From Octopus vulgaris (lineage: Eukaryota): DNA of 64,000 nucleotides. The stretch covers positions 108,066,001 through 108,130,000 of the forward strand of contig OX597814.1 in assembly GCA_951406725.2 (NCBI GenBank), read 5' to 3'. The notes under the pieces were generated by a model. That model saw only the letters and a list, made by a program, of their open reading frames with translations, did no database searches and was not told the origin of the DNA. Position 1 is the first letter of the stretch. Each line of letters begins with the position of its first letter. Below, in pieces: positions 39,326-60,162 of the stretch. Both the position numbers and the translations under genes were made by a program.

Positions 39326-42300
39326 GCACCAGGTTCCATTGTCTGCTTTGGTATGGTTTTTCTTTGGCTGGATGCCCTTCCTAACATCAACCCCTTTACA
39401 GAGTGTGGACTGGGCTTTTTATGTGGCACCAGCATCAGTAAGGTCACCAAGTAACTTGCAAGACAAGATCCCTTAACTGAGACAGGATATGGTGCTAAGG
39501 GAGGTGAAAGTATGGTAGCCAGACAGGAACAGATGTCTTGCTGAGGAGGATATATATATATATAAATATATGGCTTCCCTGGCTGGAGAGAGAGAGAGGA
39601 ACAGAGGGAAGGGGGGGTAAAAGGGGTGGTGGTGACATGGCTAGAGATGGGGATGGGGGGGAGACACAGAGCATGAGGCATACAGGTGGTTAGTAGGTCA
39701 TTACTCTTTCACATGAATCCACTCCCACCAGCTGAGGAAGCATTCCATCTGACAACAAGGATGTGATAGTTCCCTCTCTATAAAAAAACCCAATGGAGCA
39801 TCTCAGAAAATCACTAGGTGGGGGCATAGACAATAGTGAATATCAGTTTGGGAGGAAGTGAAAGAAACATCTAATGTCAAATACATTAAATATGTATGTT
39901 GTTGTAGCTGATATTTTCTAAGTCTTCAATGCCTGATACATTGTGTGTTTATAACTGAGATTTTGTTTTGTAATGAGTCTACAATTTATAATGGATGAAT
40001 GTATTACAACCAATATTCTCTCAGTGTTGTTGTATATTCTCAGATAAATACACACAAATAAAGCACTTAAAAGCAAGATGAAAACAGTGACAGGTATTCA
40101 ATAGTCTGGAGTTAGAGAACATAAAACAAACACAGGGACATAAAGATCTCCATTAAAACGTCTCTAAACTATAATTTTTCAATGCACCAAAGTTTATATC
40201 ATCATCGGTTACTGTTTGGTTGGATGGTTTGACAAGAGCTGGCAAGCTGGGAGGCCACACCAGGCTCTAATTGTCTGTTTTGGCCATGTTTTTTACAGCT
40301 GGATGCTCTTTCTGACACCAACCATTTTACAGAGTGTACTGGGTGCTTCTTACATGGCCTTGGGGCAGGTGCTTTTTATGTGGCACCAGCACACCGACAG
40401 GGTTACCAAATACTTCGCAGGACAAAAACCCCTCAACTGGGAGGGAAAGAGCAGTATTGAGGGGGTGTGGCTGTATGTATGTATGTATGCATCAAACACA
40501 GTGAGAATCAGACAGACAGGAATCATCATCATCATCGTCGTCATCGTTTAATGTCTGCTTTCCATGCTAGCATGGGTTGGACGATTTTGACTGAGGGCTG
40601 GCGAACAAGATGGCTGCACTAGGCTCCAATCTTGATCTGGCAGAGTTTCTACAGCTGGATGCCCTTCCTAACGCCAACAACTCCGAGAATGTAGTGGGTG
40701 CTTTTACGTGCCACCGGCATGGGGGCCAGTCAGGTGGTACTGGCAATGACCTCATTTGAATCTTTTTACACATGTCACTGGCACAGGTGCCAATAAGGCA
40801 CCGTTGGTAACGATCACGCTCAAATGGTGCCCTTTTATGTGGCACGGCATGGGGGCCAGTCAGGTGGTACTGGCAATGACCTCGCTCGAATCTTTTTACA
40901 AAATACCACCGGCACAGGTGCCAGTAAGGCAACGTTGGTAATGATCACGCTTGAATGGTACCCTTTTACGTGCCACCGGCACAGATCTACGTATTAGGAA
41001 ACCATCAACTGTAACAAAGAACTATATTAGAAAGTAAGCACAGGTAAACACAGGCCTTCCAAGATTTTGATGTGTGGAAAAAATATAGAAGGGGTGAATG
41101 TCTTGGTGAATCATTTTGCAACTTGTTGACCATTCCTCAGAGAAATTCCTAGTCGAAAACAGAGCATTCACCTGCTATATAAAGCAGGAAGCTACCAAGT
41201 TATTGATGAGGTGGATAAATTAATTTCAATGTTTGTGTTTTAGATAACTTGTCACAAAGCAAACTATGAATCCACACAACACACACACACTGAATTTGAA
41301 ATGCTGAAATAAACTGAAATATTTTAAAATTACTTTGCTTGGGAACAGATAAGGGTTGGTGACAGGAAGGGCACTGAACAATGGAAAATGTACGTCGATG
41401 AATTTCATGTGAAACATGGAAAAGTCAATGCTATGATGAGGATGACAGATGGCTATAACAGTACTGTAGCAGAAGAAATCCTTTATATACCCTCAAATTC
41501 TTGTTGGGATTAGTCTGTGTGTGTAGGGGGGGGGGGGCTACGACAAAACTATGAAAACTATGTTTCTAAACATAAAAATATACTTTAGTACAAGATCTGG
41601 TTTATTATTTTGAAGCTGAAGGTGTGGTGAGTTGGCAGAATGCTTAGCAGTATTTTGCTTGTCACTATGTTCTGAGTTCAAATTCCACAGAGGTCAACTT
41701 TGCCTTCCATCCTTTTGGGGTCAATAAATTAGGTACCAGTGAAACACTGGGGGCGGGTTCGATGTAATTGACTATACACCCCTCCCCTCCAAATAGCAGG
41801 AAGGATTATTTTGAAGCTGAGTTGGTGTAAAATTCCTTTTCTGACCAACACTGTCATATTATTAAAGCCTGTCGGTAGCACATAAAATGCAACATCCAAA
41901 TGTGGCTGATGCCAGTACCCCCCGACTGGCCCCCATGGCAGTGACATGCAAAAAGCACTATCCGAACGTGATCAATGCCAGGAGTGCTTGACTGGCTCCT
42001 GTGCTGGTGGCACGTAACAAGCACCATCCAAATGTAGTCAATGTCAGTGCTCTCTGACTGGCCTTTGCGCTGGTGGCACATAAAAAGCACTATCTGAATG
42101 TGATAAATGCCAGGCCACCTGACTGACTCCTGTGCTGGTGGCACGTAAAAAGCATCCACTACACTCTCAGAGTAGTTGGCGTTATGAAGGGCATCCAGCT
42201 GTAGAAACCTTGCCAGATCAAATTGGAACCTGGTGCAGTCACTGGCTCTCCAAACCTCAGCCAAACTGTCCAATCCATGCCAGCATGGAAAATGGATGTT

Positions 42301-43491
42301 AAACGATGATGATGAACATTTACTACATATTACTAGAGACAGTAAAATTGCGACCATGGCCTTCATATTCCTAGAGATCGTAACATTTATGAACACACCT
42401 TCCTGTAGCTTGGGAGTTTGCTCCAGCACACCATTACTACCTTCTTTGTCTCTTCCTAAGCAACTGCCAGCCACCCTTATACAATGTGGGGTAGCCATGT
42501 ATCTCCTCTTATAGTAAGGCACTTGTGCTTGCCCCCGCCCCGTCATACATTAGCCTTTCAACTTTCCTCTTCTTTTCTAGTAAGTTACTTAACCACTTCA
42601 CTAGTGGCCTATAAATAAAGCAGCCAGTACACACTGGCATTATGAACGGTGTCCAGCCACAGAAACCATGCCAATGGCTCAACAGCTTCCAACCCTACCG
42701 ATTCCTGCCAAACCATCCAACCCATGCCTGCATAGAAAACAGAAGTTAAATGACGACGATGATGATAATGGTGGTGGCGATTGTGATGATGATGATGCCA
42801 CTTTTTTAGAGATATGGAAATATTCCTTTGAAAAGAAGAATTGTTTCACTTTGCACCAAAGTCCTGCAAACAAACATCTGTTAACTGCCTCCAAGAATTC
42901 TTTTGTTTGGTCGATTGTTCTGGGATTGCTTAATGTTTTTAGGTGCAGACACATAGTTTAGTGGTTAGGGGATTTGGCTCAAGATTCTAAGGTCACGAGT
43001 TCAGTTCTTGGTGACATGCTATGTCCTTGAGCAAGACACTTATCACATTACTCGAACCCATTCAGCTGGCAAAAAATGAGTTGTACCTGTAAAATAAAAA
43101 GGGCCAGTCTTGTCACAATCTGTGTCAAACTGAATCTCCCTCAGAACTACATCAAGGGTAAGTGTGTCTGTGGAGTACTCAACCACTTGCACATTAATTT
43201 CATCAGTGGGTTTGTTCCATCGACTGAGCCCAGTGGAACACTTCATCATAACCGACAGAGAGTGAATCCTAATGGAATGAATACAACAAGCATTAAAAGC
43301 AAGGAACAGTTTTCTGCTTCAACCAAAGATGGGTTGTTGCTGAAGACGAAGAATGCTGCTCTTTCAAAAGTACTGAATACAAAACAAACTAGAATATCAG
43401 ATACAAGTGGTTGAAATCAAAGAATATTCTAGAAACTACGATACCTGCCAAATTGCTTGGTGTTGGAGGTGTCTTTTTCCATTAGTAGTAG

Positions 43492-43521
<30 letters not shown>

Positions 43522-43522
<1 letters not shown>

Positions 43523-43884
43523 TAGCACTATGACCCAGTGTTGTCAGGTCATAGTGCTAGTACATGCATATACAGTTGCGTGTGCGCGCACATACACGTG
43601 AATACTGTCCAAATCTCCAGCCAATCGCATACAGCTAGCTGGCATTCAATTGGCGTATCAAGTTTCAGGCATTTTGATTGGGTTTTGGATAGAAAATTCA
43701 CAAAAAGTCACTTCTACTGATTTTTTAATGGCTTTGCGGGGTGACTGGGGAAATGTAAAGATGTGCACGACCACCCTTGGATGGTTTTGAATGACCATAG
43801 AAAGTGCGAGCCCTCTAACTGAAAAATTGTGGATTTGTATAAAGGACACACATGCAGACATTTTGCCGTTTATATATATAGAGA
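43522..43884 (-). mobile_element. Non-autonomous Helitron
   Basis: Minus strand starts A|TCTCTATATATATAAA and ends with an imperfect GACC...GGTC hairpin followed by CTAG|T; inserted between A and T without TSD. Confidence 0.75.
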
Positions 43885-44222
43885 TAATAATAATAATAGG
43901 ACCTCTAGGAATGATAAAAAAAAGTACTGAAATCTATTTGAAAATGATACCAGGCTTACCATCCATACAAGAAGTGCAAAAAATCGTTAACTGGAACGGC
44001 TCATATACTGAGAAGAGCATTATCACTGTGAAAACACCATCCATTCATGAATTTATTTATTCATTAATTTTTTAAATACATATTTTATCTGTGAATTTGC
44101 ATGTGTAATCTGGGAATGCATACAATAAGCTTCTCTGCCCTAGGTATATGGAAAACACTCGGCAAGAAACAGAAGAAAATTTGAAGAAGGAAGGAAAAAT
44201 AATAATAATAATAATAATAAAA
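43885..44222 (+). mobile_element. R4/Dong-like (RLE) non-LTR retrotransposon 3' fragment within (TAA)n
   Basis: IIGPLGMIKK...IPGLPSIQEVQKIV then, after a frameshift, TGTAHILRRAL; (AAT)n on both sides. Confidence 0.65.
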
Positions 44223-44711
44223 TAAAATGCCCTGATGCAGTACCAGGCAGTGGCGCTCATGGCTTCTGATCTTAATTGATTGGAAATGTTATCATGTACA
44301 TTATTTTGTCCTGGTATAAAAAGATGGGCTATAGCAAATATTCGGCTCAATACCACAGATTTGCTTGTCAGTTGTTTGATCTTAACCAGTTGGGCATGTC
44401 CCTTAGTGGAGTGCCGGTTAATGTTTCTGTGAAGAAGACTGTGGTACCAAAATGGAAAATCAATAATTCATGGCTCATAACTGTATATTCTATGGTCAAT
44501 ATACCATTGTTTTCAATGTTGCTACCTAATTCTATATTACAGCAACAACAGAAGAATAGGTAATAACATTTCTCTCATTTTCTTTTTGTTTTTTGTTTTT
44601 TTTGTTCTTTTAATGTTAGCAGAAAGAATTGTTTCAATGCTTTCGTTCAGTTAACATTTGATTTTTCATTTTAGCATTAGTTTGGATGCAGACTTATTTC
44701 AAGCAGGATTT

Positions 44712-46131
<1,420 letters not shown>

Positions 46132-46914
46132 GGCCCTCATACCTTTGGGGCCACCCTGGTACCGCACACCGCTGCTTTCATTCCTTTCCAGCACCATCCA
46201 ATCATTCTCACTTAGGTCCCTAAATGTGAGTAGCCACACAACCTCTACAAGAACCTGCTTTTCCCCTACCGCTTCTCTAATACTTTAGCTCCCATCTAAC
46301 ATGAGGATGCATCCCCACCATTCCCTGGGTTTTGTAGGTTTTGTGGGCTGTATGGCAACCTCACTAGTGTAGGTGGCAAGAAAAACAAAAAAGCACCCAG
46401 CATAGGGAGCATGTTGTAGTCCTTTGGATTGATGGATCCTGTCAAACTGTCCAACCCATGCCAGCATGGAACGTGGACATTAAATGATGATTATGAAATT
46501 CCAAATTCTTTACATTCAAATTTAATCAAAACTTCAGAAATACAGGCATGAAGGAGTTAAATTTAGATAAATAGCCATAAATTACATTTTAAAGCGATGG
46601 CAATATCAAATTCAGAAACATTTCATAAAATCATTTTTATATTTCATCACAGGAAAAAAAAAATCATAATTTGAGCCAATTTGTGAATATAATTCATAAA
46701 GAGTGGTTCCATAAATTCTTTAAAAAACTCCTATTAAATATTTGTGCACAACTGAGAATTTATGAAATGAAAAATTACAGTAAGTCTGAGCTGCTTCTTT
46801 CTAAGTATTTTATTATAAATCAACTTATTAGAAACCATTTCAAAGTTAATCTACAATTTTATTCTGCAATGGTCTACATATGTAACACTTTAATTACGGA
46901 ACAATATCAAAGTT

Positions 46915-47140
46915 CATTATTTACATTTGACGGATATTTGTCCTCATCTTGTTTCTTGTTAACACAATGTTTCGGCTGATATACTCTCTAGCCTTCAAAA
47001 TTTTGAACATGGGTTCTCATTCCTAAGATATTTTTTTGATATTATTATTATTATTATTATTATTCAGGTCACTGCCTGGAATCGAACTCAGAATCTTGGA
47101 GTAAGTAACCCGTGCGCTTAACCACTACACCATATGCCCG
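46915..47140 (-). mobile_element. Second copy of the tRNA-head plus hammerhead element (CTGATGA box disrupted)
   Basis: Reverse complement aligns with 37930-38240; B box GAGTTCGATTCC. Confidence 0.75.
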
Positions 47141-49651
47141 TAAATAATGTACATAATTCCTCATCTCTTAAATATAGAACTGTAATAAAGTTATAATCTA
47201 TTATACACATCAGGGCATTTTATTATTATTACTAATGGAAAAAAACCACCTGATACCAAGCAATTTGGCTGGTTTCATAATTTCTAGAATATTCTAAGAT
47301 TTCAACCACTTGTAACTAGAATTCTAGTTTATTGTTTTGTATCCAATACTTTTGAAGGAGCAGCATTCTTCAACAACACATGTCTCTTTGGTTGAAGCAG
47401 AAAATTGTTCCTATCTTTGATGTCTGTTGTATTCATTTTATTAGAATCCACTTACCCTCACTTCATCTCTCTCTCTATATATATATATATGTATATATAA
47501 ATCATCATCATTGTTTAACGTCCATTTTCCATGCTAGCATGGGTTGGATGTTTCAACCGGGGTCTGGGAAGCCAGGAGACTGCATCAGGCTCCAGTCTGA
47601 TCTGGCAGTGTTTCTACAGCTGGATGCCCTTCCTAATGCCAACCACTCTGTGAGTGTAGTGGGTGTTTTTTACGTGCCACCAGCACAGGGGCCAGAGGAG
47701 GCTGGCAAACGGTTACGATCGGTTGGTGGTTTTTACATGCCACCGGCACGGGTATCTTAGCTACAATTTCCATTTGATCTTTATTTTGATGTTGACGTAC
47801 TTGACTCAACAAGTCTCCTCAAGAACAGCGGGTCACTCTAGATGATATATATATATATATAGTTAATCCAAACATGAAAACACAAAGAGAAAACATAACA
47901 ACGCGAGGATGTGGAACAAGTATAGTGTTATTGGACACTCAGGAAAGGAAATAAAGAAGGAGGATTCAATGTTTTGAGCGGAGCTCTTCGTCAGAAACAT
48001 AGAAAAAGGAAAGGTCCAAGGAAAGGAAGATGGAGGAAGAAAATCGCCAACGATACACACACACACATACACATAAATGTCAAACTATAGAAATGAGTGA
48101 TCAACACGGCATTAGTGGATATAATTTCTTTATTTGTGAATTAAGGCTACCATTGGTTTTGTGTTAAGAAAAGCAGTGTCTTAATTGTTCAAGCCAATTG
48201 CATGGAGAAAGGGGTTTGCCACCATTTTGGAAAACAGTCATTTAGTTCACGAGGGTTCTCGTAAAACCAATGAACCAAGAAATGTTACCCCTGGTTTGAT
48301 GTATACTTTCCTTGGTTGAATAGGGATATTTTTCAGGGATGTCATTATTTCATATTTTTCTATGGTTTGTTTTGATTCTCTGTTCATTTTCAGTGCTTAA
48401 CCAGTGTTTGTTGACATCAGAAGCTTTGAATAGAAATATCATTTAATGTCCATTTTCCATGCATGCATGGCATAGACAGAATTTGCTGTGGCAGATTTTC
48501 TACAGTTTGATGGTCTTCCTGTCCCCACCCTTCATCTGTTTCCAAGTTAGACAATATTTCCCCATGGCCAGACATATTTTTCATAGAAGCCTAGAAATCT
48601 CCAACATCACTTGTATGATGGTCGTTCTCATTTACACACCACATGATACCCAGACACACAATCCTTTTACCTGTTTCAGTTATTAGACTTGGCCATGCTG
48701 GAGCACTGACTTGAAGAATTGTAAGTCGAATGAATTAACCCCTGTACTTGTTATTTTGAAAGCCTGGTACTTATTCTATCAGTCACATTTGAAAAACCAC
48801 TAAGTCACAGGGGACATAAACACACCAACATCAAATTTCTAGATAAGGAAACAGACACACACACACACTCCTATCCACATACACAAATACAAATACACTT
48901 CCCCCCTTTATTCACCACATTCATCACCAGCCCCATCTCTAACCCCTTCTAATACTCTTACAAATTTACCCACCCACCCTTCCCAACCCTTCACCCTGAA
49001 TACAATACAATTTCAGTTATGTTGGGCAAGCCACATACCCTATCAACAGCTTGCTATAAACTCCAAGCAGTACCTGTCTCCCAGTCGGTAATTATTGCTG
49101 ATGTTATCTATAAAAGACCAATGCAGCTTGTTTTTATGTGCGACAATAAAATCTTCTGTTGAATGTCTGCGGGTGACATTCAGTTCTTTCTTCACGCAGT
49201 CCAAGAAACACATTTTCATTCATGAATTCAACATGTTGTCACCCCCTAAGAGCAGCAAACAGCCAACAAAACACCTCTAACCCTAACAAACTAACTGAAA
49301 CAAAACCAGTGTGTTTCAGTAGAAATATGGTCCCAGAAGGGTTAAACAATGAATGGACCCTAAAATTAAACATTCCCTCTATGGCTCATAAGTAACTTCT
49401 TCAAACGCTGCATAGTTTTTCCTTCTCTCCCAGTCTGTAATTATTGCTGTTCTCTTTTTGTAGAAGACCAACACAGTTTGTCTTTATGTGCGACAATAAA
49501 ATCTATTGAATGTCTGCGGGTGACATTCAGTTACTTCTTCATGCAGTCCAAGAAACATTTTCTTTCATGAATTCAACCTGACCAACAAACGCTCAAGTGA
49601 CAACAGTGCCATGAAAAAAATGACTCAGTACACTCTGTGAAATGGTTTGTA

Positions 49652-50177
49652 CAGGGTGGGGCAGAGAGGATGGATGCTTTTAAAAATGGCTATTACTCAG
49701 TCCCAGGTGGAGGGACATATGTCCGACATGTACCATTTGGTTTCTGGCGTCTTAGCATTTTTTTTGCTTTTTAGGTGAAGGCATGGTGCTGTGGATGGTA
49801 GAGCATTGTGTGTTTGCCGATGACAGTTACGTGAAGAATAATGAGTCTGTCATTCAGTGAAATCAGGCTGTTTCCACCCATAACACAATCTTACGCTGGG
49901 TGAATGCACTTCGTATACGAGGTACACTAATGAATAGGAGACCAGTGGGGGCAGTTGACAGAGCAATGCTGGAGAGAGTGGAGGTCAGTTTCCAAGAACA
50001 CCTTCAGAAATGCATCAATAAAAACGGACACCACATGATGGATATTGCTTTCCACATTTGATTTTTGACAAATGCTAATTGAATACAAACATATTGATGT
50101 CAGTAAAATTTGTTTGCAGCTAAAATTAATGATTTTGTGAATTTTTCAAAACTGTCCGTCCTCTCTGCCCCACCCTG
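49652..50177 (+). mobile_element. Internally deleted Tc1/mariner-superfamily transposon
   Basis: TIRs CAGGGTGGGGCAGAGAGGA(T/C)GGA; TA duplication on both sides; transposase N-terminal remnants (EHCVFADDSYVKNNESV, HNTILRWV) and C-terminal remnant (MLERVEVSFQEHLQKCINKNGHH); splits an RTE tail at ggtttg|TA|ttaggaaggg. Confidence 0.9.
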
Positions 50178-50412
50178 TATTAGGAAGGGTGCACAGACAT
50201 ATGCTGCGGTAGACATTGGAGCAAGACACAGTCCTCTGGCTCGTTGCATCCTGCTGAACTTTCCAACCCAAGCTACATGGAAGACAGACATTGATTATTG
50301 ATGAGGATTATGATGAGGCACACATAAAATATATACACACATCACACATATATAAATTTTTTTTTCCATAATGAGATAAAAAAAAAAAGCCAAGGCTGTG
50401 TAGATTTTAGAA

Positions 50413-50465
50413 CATTTATAAACAGCTGTTTCTAGGATATTTATTATATCCCTTCATCAGAGATG
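50413..50465 (-). ncRNA. Hammerhead motif with intact core but disrupted stem I
   Basis: CATCT-CTGATGA-A-GGGATAT-AATAA-ATATCCT-A-GAAA-CAGCTG-TT; palindromic stem III AACAGCTGTT. Confidence 0.6.
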
Positions 50466-51087
50466 GTGTGAGAAGATGGTTAAGCAATAGTTAATTTAGA
50501 TAAGGTATGAAGTAGAGAGTGATGTGGAGGAATGAAAATAGATGGGAGATATGCAGGGATATTGTATTTGTATTTAGGCAGAATGGTATACATATAAGAT
50601 TTCAAAACCTTATGAGTAAAATCCAATAGTATTTAAAATTGGTCATTCCAAGTATAGAGTTTATACACAGTGTTATTGAATCAAGGGTTTTATTTAAATT
50701 TATATATATATATATCATCATCATTTAACGTCCGTTTTCCATGCTAGCATGGGTTGGACGGTTCGACCAGGGTGTGGTAAGCCATGGAGGCTGCACCAGG
50801 CTCCAGTCTGATTTGGCAATGTTTCTACAGCTGGAGGCTTTTCCTAACGCCAACCATACTGAGAGTGTAGTGGGTATTTTTTACGTGCCACCGGCACAGG
50901 GGCCAGAGCAGGCTGGCAAATGGCCACGATCGGTTGGTGCTTTTACGTGTCACCGACACAGACACCAGTCAGGCGGCGCTAGCATCTGCCATGTTCGGAC
51001 GGTGCCTTTTTACGTGTCACTGGCACGGGTGTCTTAACTACAATTTCCATTTGATTTTTATCTGGCATCTGCCACATTCGGACAGTG

Positions 51088-51088
<1 letters not shown>

Positions 51089-51132
<44 letters not shown>

Positions 51133-51524
51133 CACATATATATATATATATATATATACACATACACATATATATATATATACATACACAAACACATATA
51201 TATATATATACATACACAAACACACACATATATATATATATATACATACACATACACATATATATATATATACATACACATACACATATATATATATATA
51301 CATACACATACACATATATATATATATATACATACACATACACATATATATATATATATACATACACATATATATATATATATACATACACATATATATA
51401 TATATATACATACACACATATATATATATATACATACACATATATATATACATACACATATATATATATATACATACACATATATATATACATACACATA
51501 TATATATATATATATACATACACA

Positions 51525-51564
<40 letters not shown>

Positions 51565-52435
51565 CATACATATATATATATATATACATACACATATATA
51601 TATATATACATACACATATATATATATATATACATACACATATATATATATATATATACATACACATATATATATATATATACATACACATATATATATA
51701 TATATATACATACACAATATATATATATATATATACATACACATATATATATATATACATACACATATATATATATATATACATACACATATATATATAC
51801 ATATATACATATACACATATATATATATATACATATACATACACATATATATATATATACATATACATACACATATATATATATATACATATACATACAC
51901 ATATATATATATACATACACATACACATATATATATATATACATACACATACACATATATATATATATATACATACACATACACATATATATATATACAT
52001 ATACATACACATATACATATATACATATACATACACATATATATATATACATATACATACACATATATATATATACATATACATATATATATATATATAT
52101 ACATACACATATATATATACATATACATACACATATATATATACATATACATACACATATATATATATATATACATATACATACACATATATATATACAT
52201 ATACATACACATATATATATATACATATACATACACATATATATATATACATATACATACACATATATATATATATATATACATACACATATATATATAT
52301 ACATATACATATATATATATACATATACATACACATATATATATACATATACATACACATATATATATATATATATACATACACATATATATATATACAT
52401 ATACACATACACATATATATATATACATATACATA

Positions 52436-52466
<31 letters not shown>

Positions 52467-53266
52467 ACACATATACATATATACATATACATACACATAT
52501 ATATATATACATATACATACACATATATATATATACATACACATATATATATATACATACACATATATATATATACATACACATATATATATATATATAT
52601 ACACACACATATATATATATACATACACATATATATATATATATACATACACATATATATATATATACATATACATACACATATATATATATATACATAT
52701 ACATACACATATATATATATATACATACACATATATATATATACATATACATACACATATATATATATACATATACATACACATATATATATATATATAT
52801 ATACATACACATATATATATATATATACATATACATACACATATATATATATACATATACATACACATATATATACATATACATACACATATATATACAT
52901 AAACATACACATATATATATATATATATATATACATACACATATATATATATATACATACACATATATATATATATATATACATACACATATATATATAT
53001 ACATATACATACACATATATATATATACATATACATACACATATATATATATACATATACATACACATATATATATATACATACACATATATATATATAT
53101 ATACATACACATATATATATACATATATACATACACATATATATATATACATATATACATACACACACATATATATATATACATATACATACACATATAT
53201 ATATATATATATATACATACACATATATATATATATACATACACATATATATATATATACATACAC

Positions 53267-53299
<33 letters not shown>

Positions 53300-53867
53300 T
53301 ATATATATATATACATACACATATATATATATATACACATACACATATATATATATATATACATACACATATATATATATATATATACATACACATATAT
53401 ATATATATATATACATACACATATATATATATATATACATATATATACATACATATATATATATATATATATACATACACATATATATATATATATATAC
53501 ATACACATATATATATATATATATATACATACACATATATATATATATATATATACATACACATATATATATATATACATACACATACACATATATATAT
53601 ATATACATACACATACACATATATATATATACATACACATACACATATATATATATACATATACATACACATATATATATATACATATACATACACATAT
53701 ATATATATATATATACATACACATATATATATATATACATACACATATATATATATACATATACATACACATATATATATATACATATACATACACATAT
53801 ATATATACATATACATACACATATATATATATACATACACATATATATATATACATATACATACACA
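51089..53867. repeat. Compound (TA)n/(CA) microsatellite, ~2.8 kb
   Basis: Directly visible; dominant unit CATACACA(TA)n. Confidence 0.98.
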
Positions 53868-54311
53868 TCGAAACTCTGCTTGTGAAGACCCATTGAGGCA
53901 AGTGAGGATCAGAATCGAAATCGATCAATGGAAATCGATCAATGGAAATTGCAGATGTGTTACCAGTGCCGGTGGCATGTAAGAGAACCTTCCGTTTCGC
54001 GACCGTTGCCAGCACCGCCCCGTTTCGTGTTCGTTGCCAGCCTCGCCTGGCCCTCGTGCCGGTGGCACATAAAAAACACCATCCGTTCGTGGCCGTTTGC
54101 CAGCTCTGGCTGGCACCAGTGCGGGTGGCACGTAAAAAGCACCCACTACACTCACGGAGTGGTTGGAGTTAGGAAGGGCATCCAGCCGTAGAAACACTGC
54201 CAGATTTGACTGGGCCTGATGAAGCCTTCTGGCTTCACAGACCCCAGCAGAACCGTCCAACCCATGCTAGCATGGAAAACGGACGCTAAATGATGATGAT
54301 GATGATGATGA
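53868..54311 (+). mobile_element. RTE LINE 3' end embedded in the giant microsatellite
   Basis: Same 3'UTR motifs and (GAT)n tail. Confidence 0.85.
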
Positions 54312-58560
<4,249 letters not shown>

Positions 58561-59317
58561 TCATCATTGTTTAATGTCCATCTTCCATGCATGCCTAGGT
58601 AGGATGGTTGACAGGGTTTAATTCTCCTACCCCACCATCTTAATACTGTTATTCCTTTTAGTAGAAAGGTAAAATATTTCCAAAAATTCTACTCAAAATT
58701 CTCAATCCTTTCCAGTCCAGAAACCTACCACCACTTCAGCCATTTTGTGTGTAACAATGAAATATTATTGCACCCAAAAAAGCCATCAAAGAAACCTATG
58801 TGGTTACTCAAACTGCAAGAAATAGTAGCAGCTAAATATCCCTCACATTACATCCTACTGTCTTGAATTAGGAATGGATAAATTTCATATAGTAATACTA
58901 TATTCTTAAAAAGACAGGATAGACCTGGTTGGAACACAATTCGTGATTCTCCAACTCATGAATAACAGAGAAGTAAATAACAGTCTTAATGGGCTGATTT
59001 CAAAAGAGACAAAGCTATATACTCCCATCAGGAGGCCATCGCCATGCTGGGGTACAACTATTAAAACATTTACTAAATAATGAAATGGAGTTGGAACCAG
59101 ATTCCTTGCATAGTAGGCAAACATAATACCAAGTATACCACAACGTGTAAGAAGAGGAATGGGTTATTAAATATATGTAGCAGTGTGGTAAAATATAATG
59201 GAAAACTCAGTTTTGAGGGAGTTCAGGGAAACACAGTTGAAACTGAAACACTAACGGTGATCACATGCAAATTGCAGGGCAATTAAGATTAAAACAAAGA
59301 GTAACTCACTCACTTAA

Positions 59318-59670
59318 TGTGGAAAGAGAAAATGGGGTAATATGGAAAGAGCAAATGGAGTAACATGGAAAGAGCAAATGGAGTAACATGGAAAGAGCAA
59401 ATGGAGTAACATGGAAAGAGCAAATGGGTTAGCATGGAAAGAGCAAATGGGTTAGCACGGAAAGAGCAAATGGGTTAGCACGGAAAGAGCAAATGGGTTA
59501 GCACGGAAAGAGCAAATGGGTTAGCAGGGAAAGAGCAAATGGGTTAGCACGGAAAGAGCAAATGGGTTAGCACGGAAAGAGCAAATGGGTTAGCACGGAA
59601 AGATCAAATGGGTTAGCACGGAAAGATCAAGTGGGTTAGCACGGAAAGATCAAATGGGTTAGCATGGAAA
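59318..59670. repeat. 23-bp minisatellite, ~15 copies
   Basis: Unit CA(T/C)GGAAAGAGCAAATGGGTTAG and variants. Confidence 0.95.
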
Positions 59671-60046
59671 CAGTATGTGGGGTAACATTTAAACAAGAAC
59701 GTAAATAACACAGAAATGGTAATGCAGTTGACATTGAAATAGTAAATGGGTTAACATCAATGTATTTAACTTTAAAACAGTAACACAGTTAACATCAAAA
59801 CAAAAGTGGGTTAAGATAATAAAATTGAGTGGATGAACATTGAAATGGTGACTGGGTTAGCATCAAAACAGCAATACAGGTATCATAAATAAAGTGGTGC
59901 AGTTAATACTGAAACAGCGACGGGGATAACATGGAAACAATGGCTGGGATAACTTGAAAATGATGACTATGATAATTTTGAAACGACGAATGGGATAATT
60001 TTGAAATGACAACTGAGATAATTTCAGAACAATGATGAGTAACTTT

Positions 60047-60162
60047 GAAATGCTGACTGGGCAAACTCCAAAATGCTGACTGGGCAAACTTCGAAACGCT
60101 GACTGGGCAAACTCCGAAATGCTGACTGGGCAAACTCTGAAACGCTGACTGGGCAAACTTCA
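60047..60162. repeat. 23-bp minisatellite, 5 copies
   Basis: Unit GAAA(T/C)GCTGACTGGGCAAACTCC and variants. Confidence 0.95.

Noticed and set aside
54215-54240. CTGATGAAGCC...GGCTTC as a hammerhead
   Set aside because: No GAAA box follows; it is a point variant of the LINE tail motif CTGGTGCAGCC.
58900-59170. Candidate upstream RSPRY1 exon or pseudogene fragment
   Set aside because: No frame encodes the expected ...IRTLVDN segment with a phase-2 donor; the first coding exon probably lies beyond 64000.
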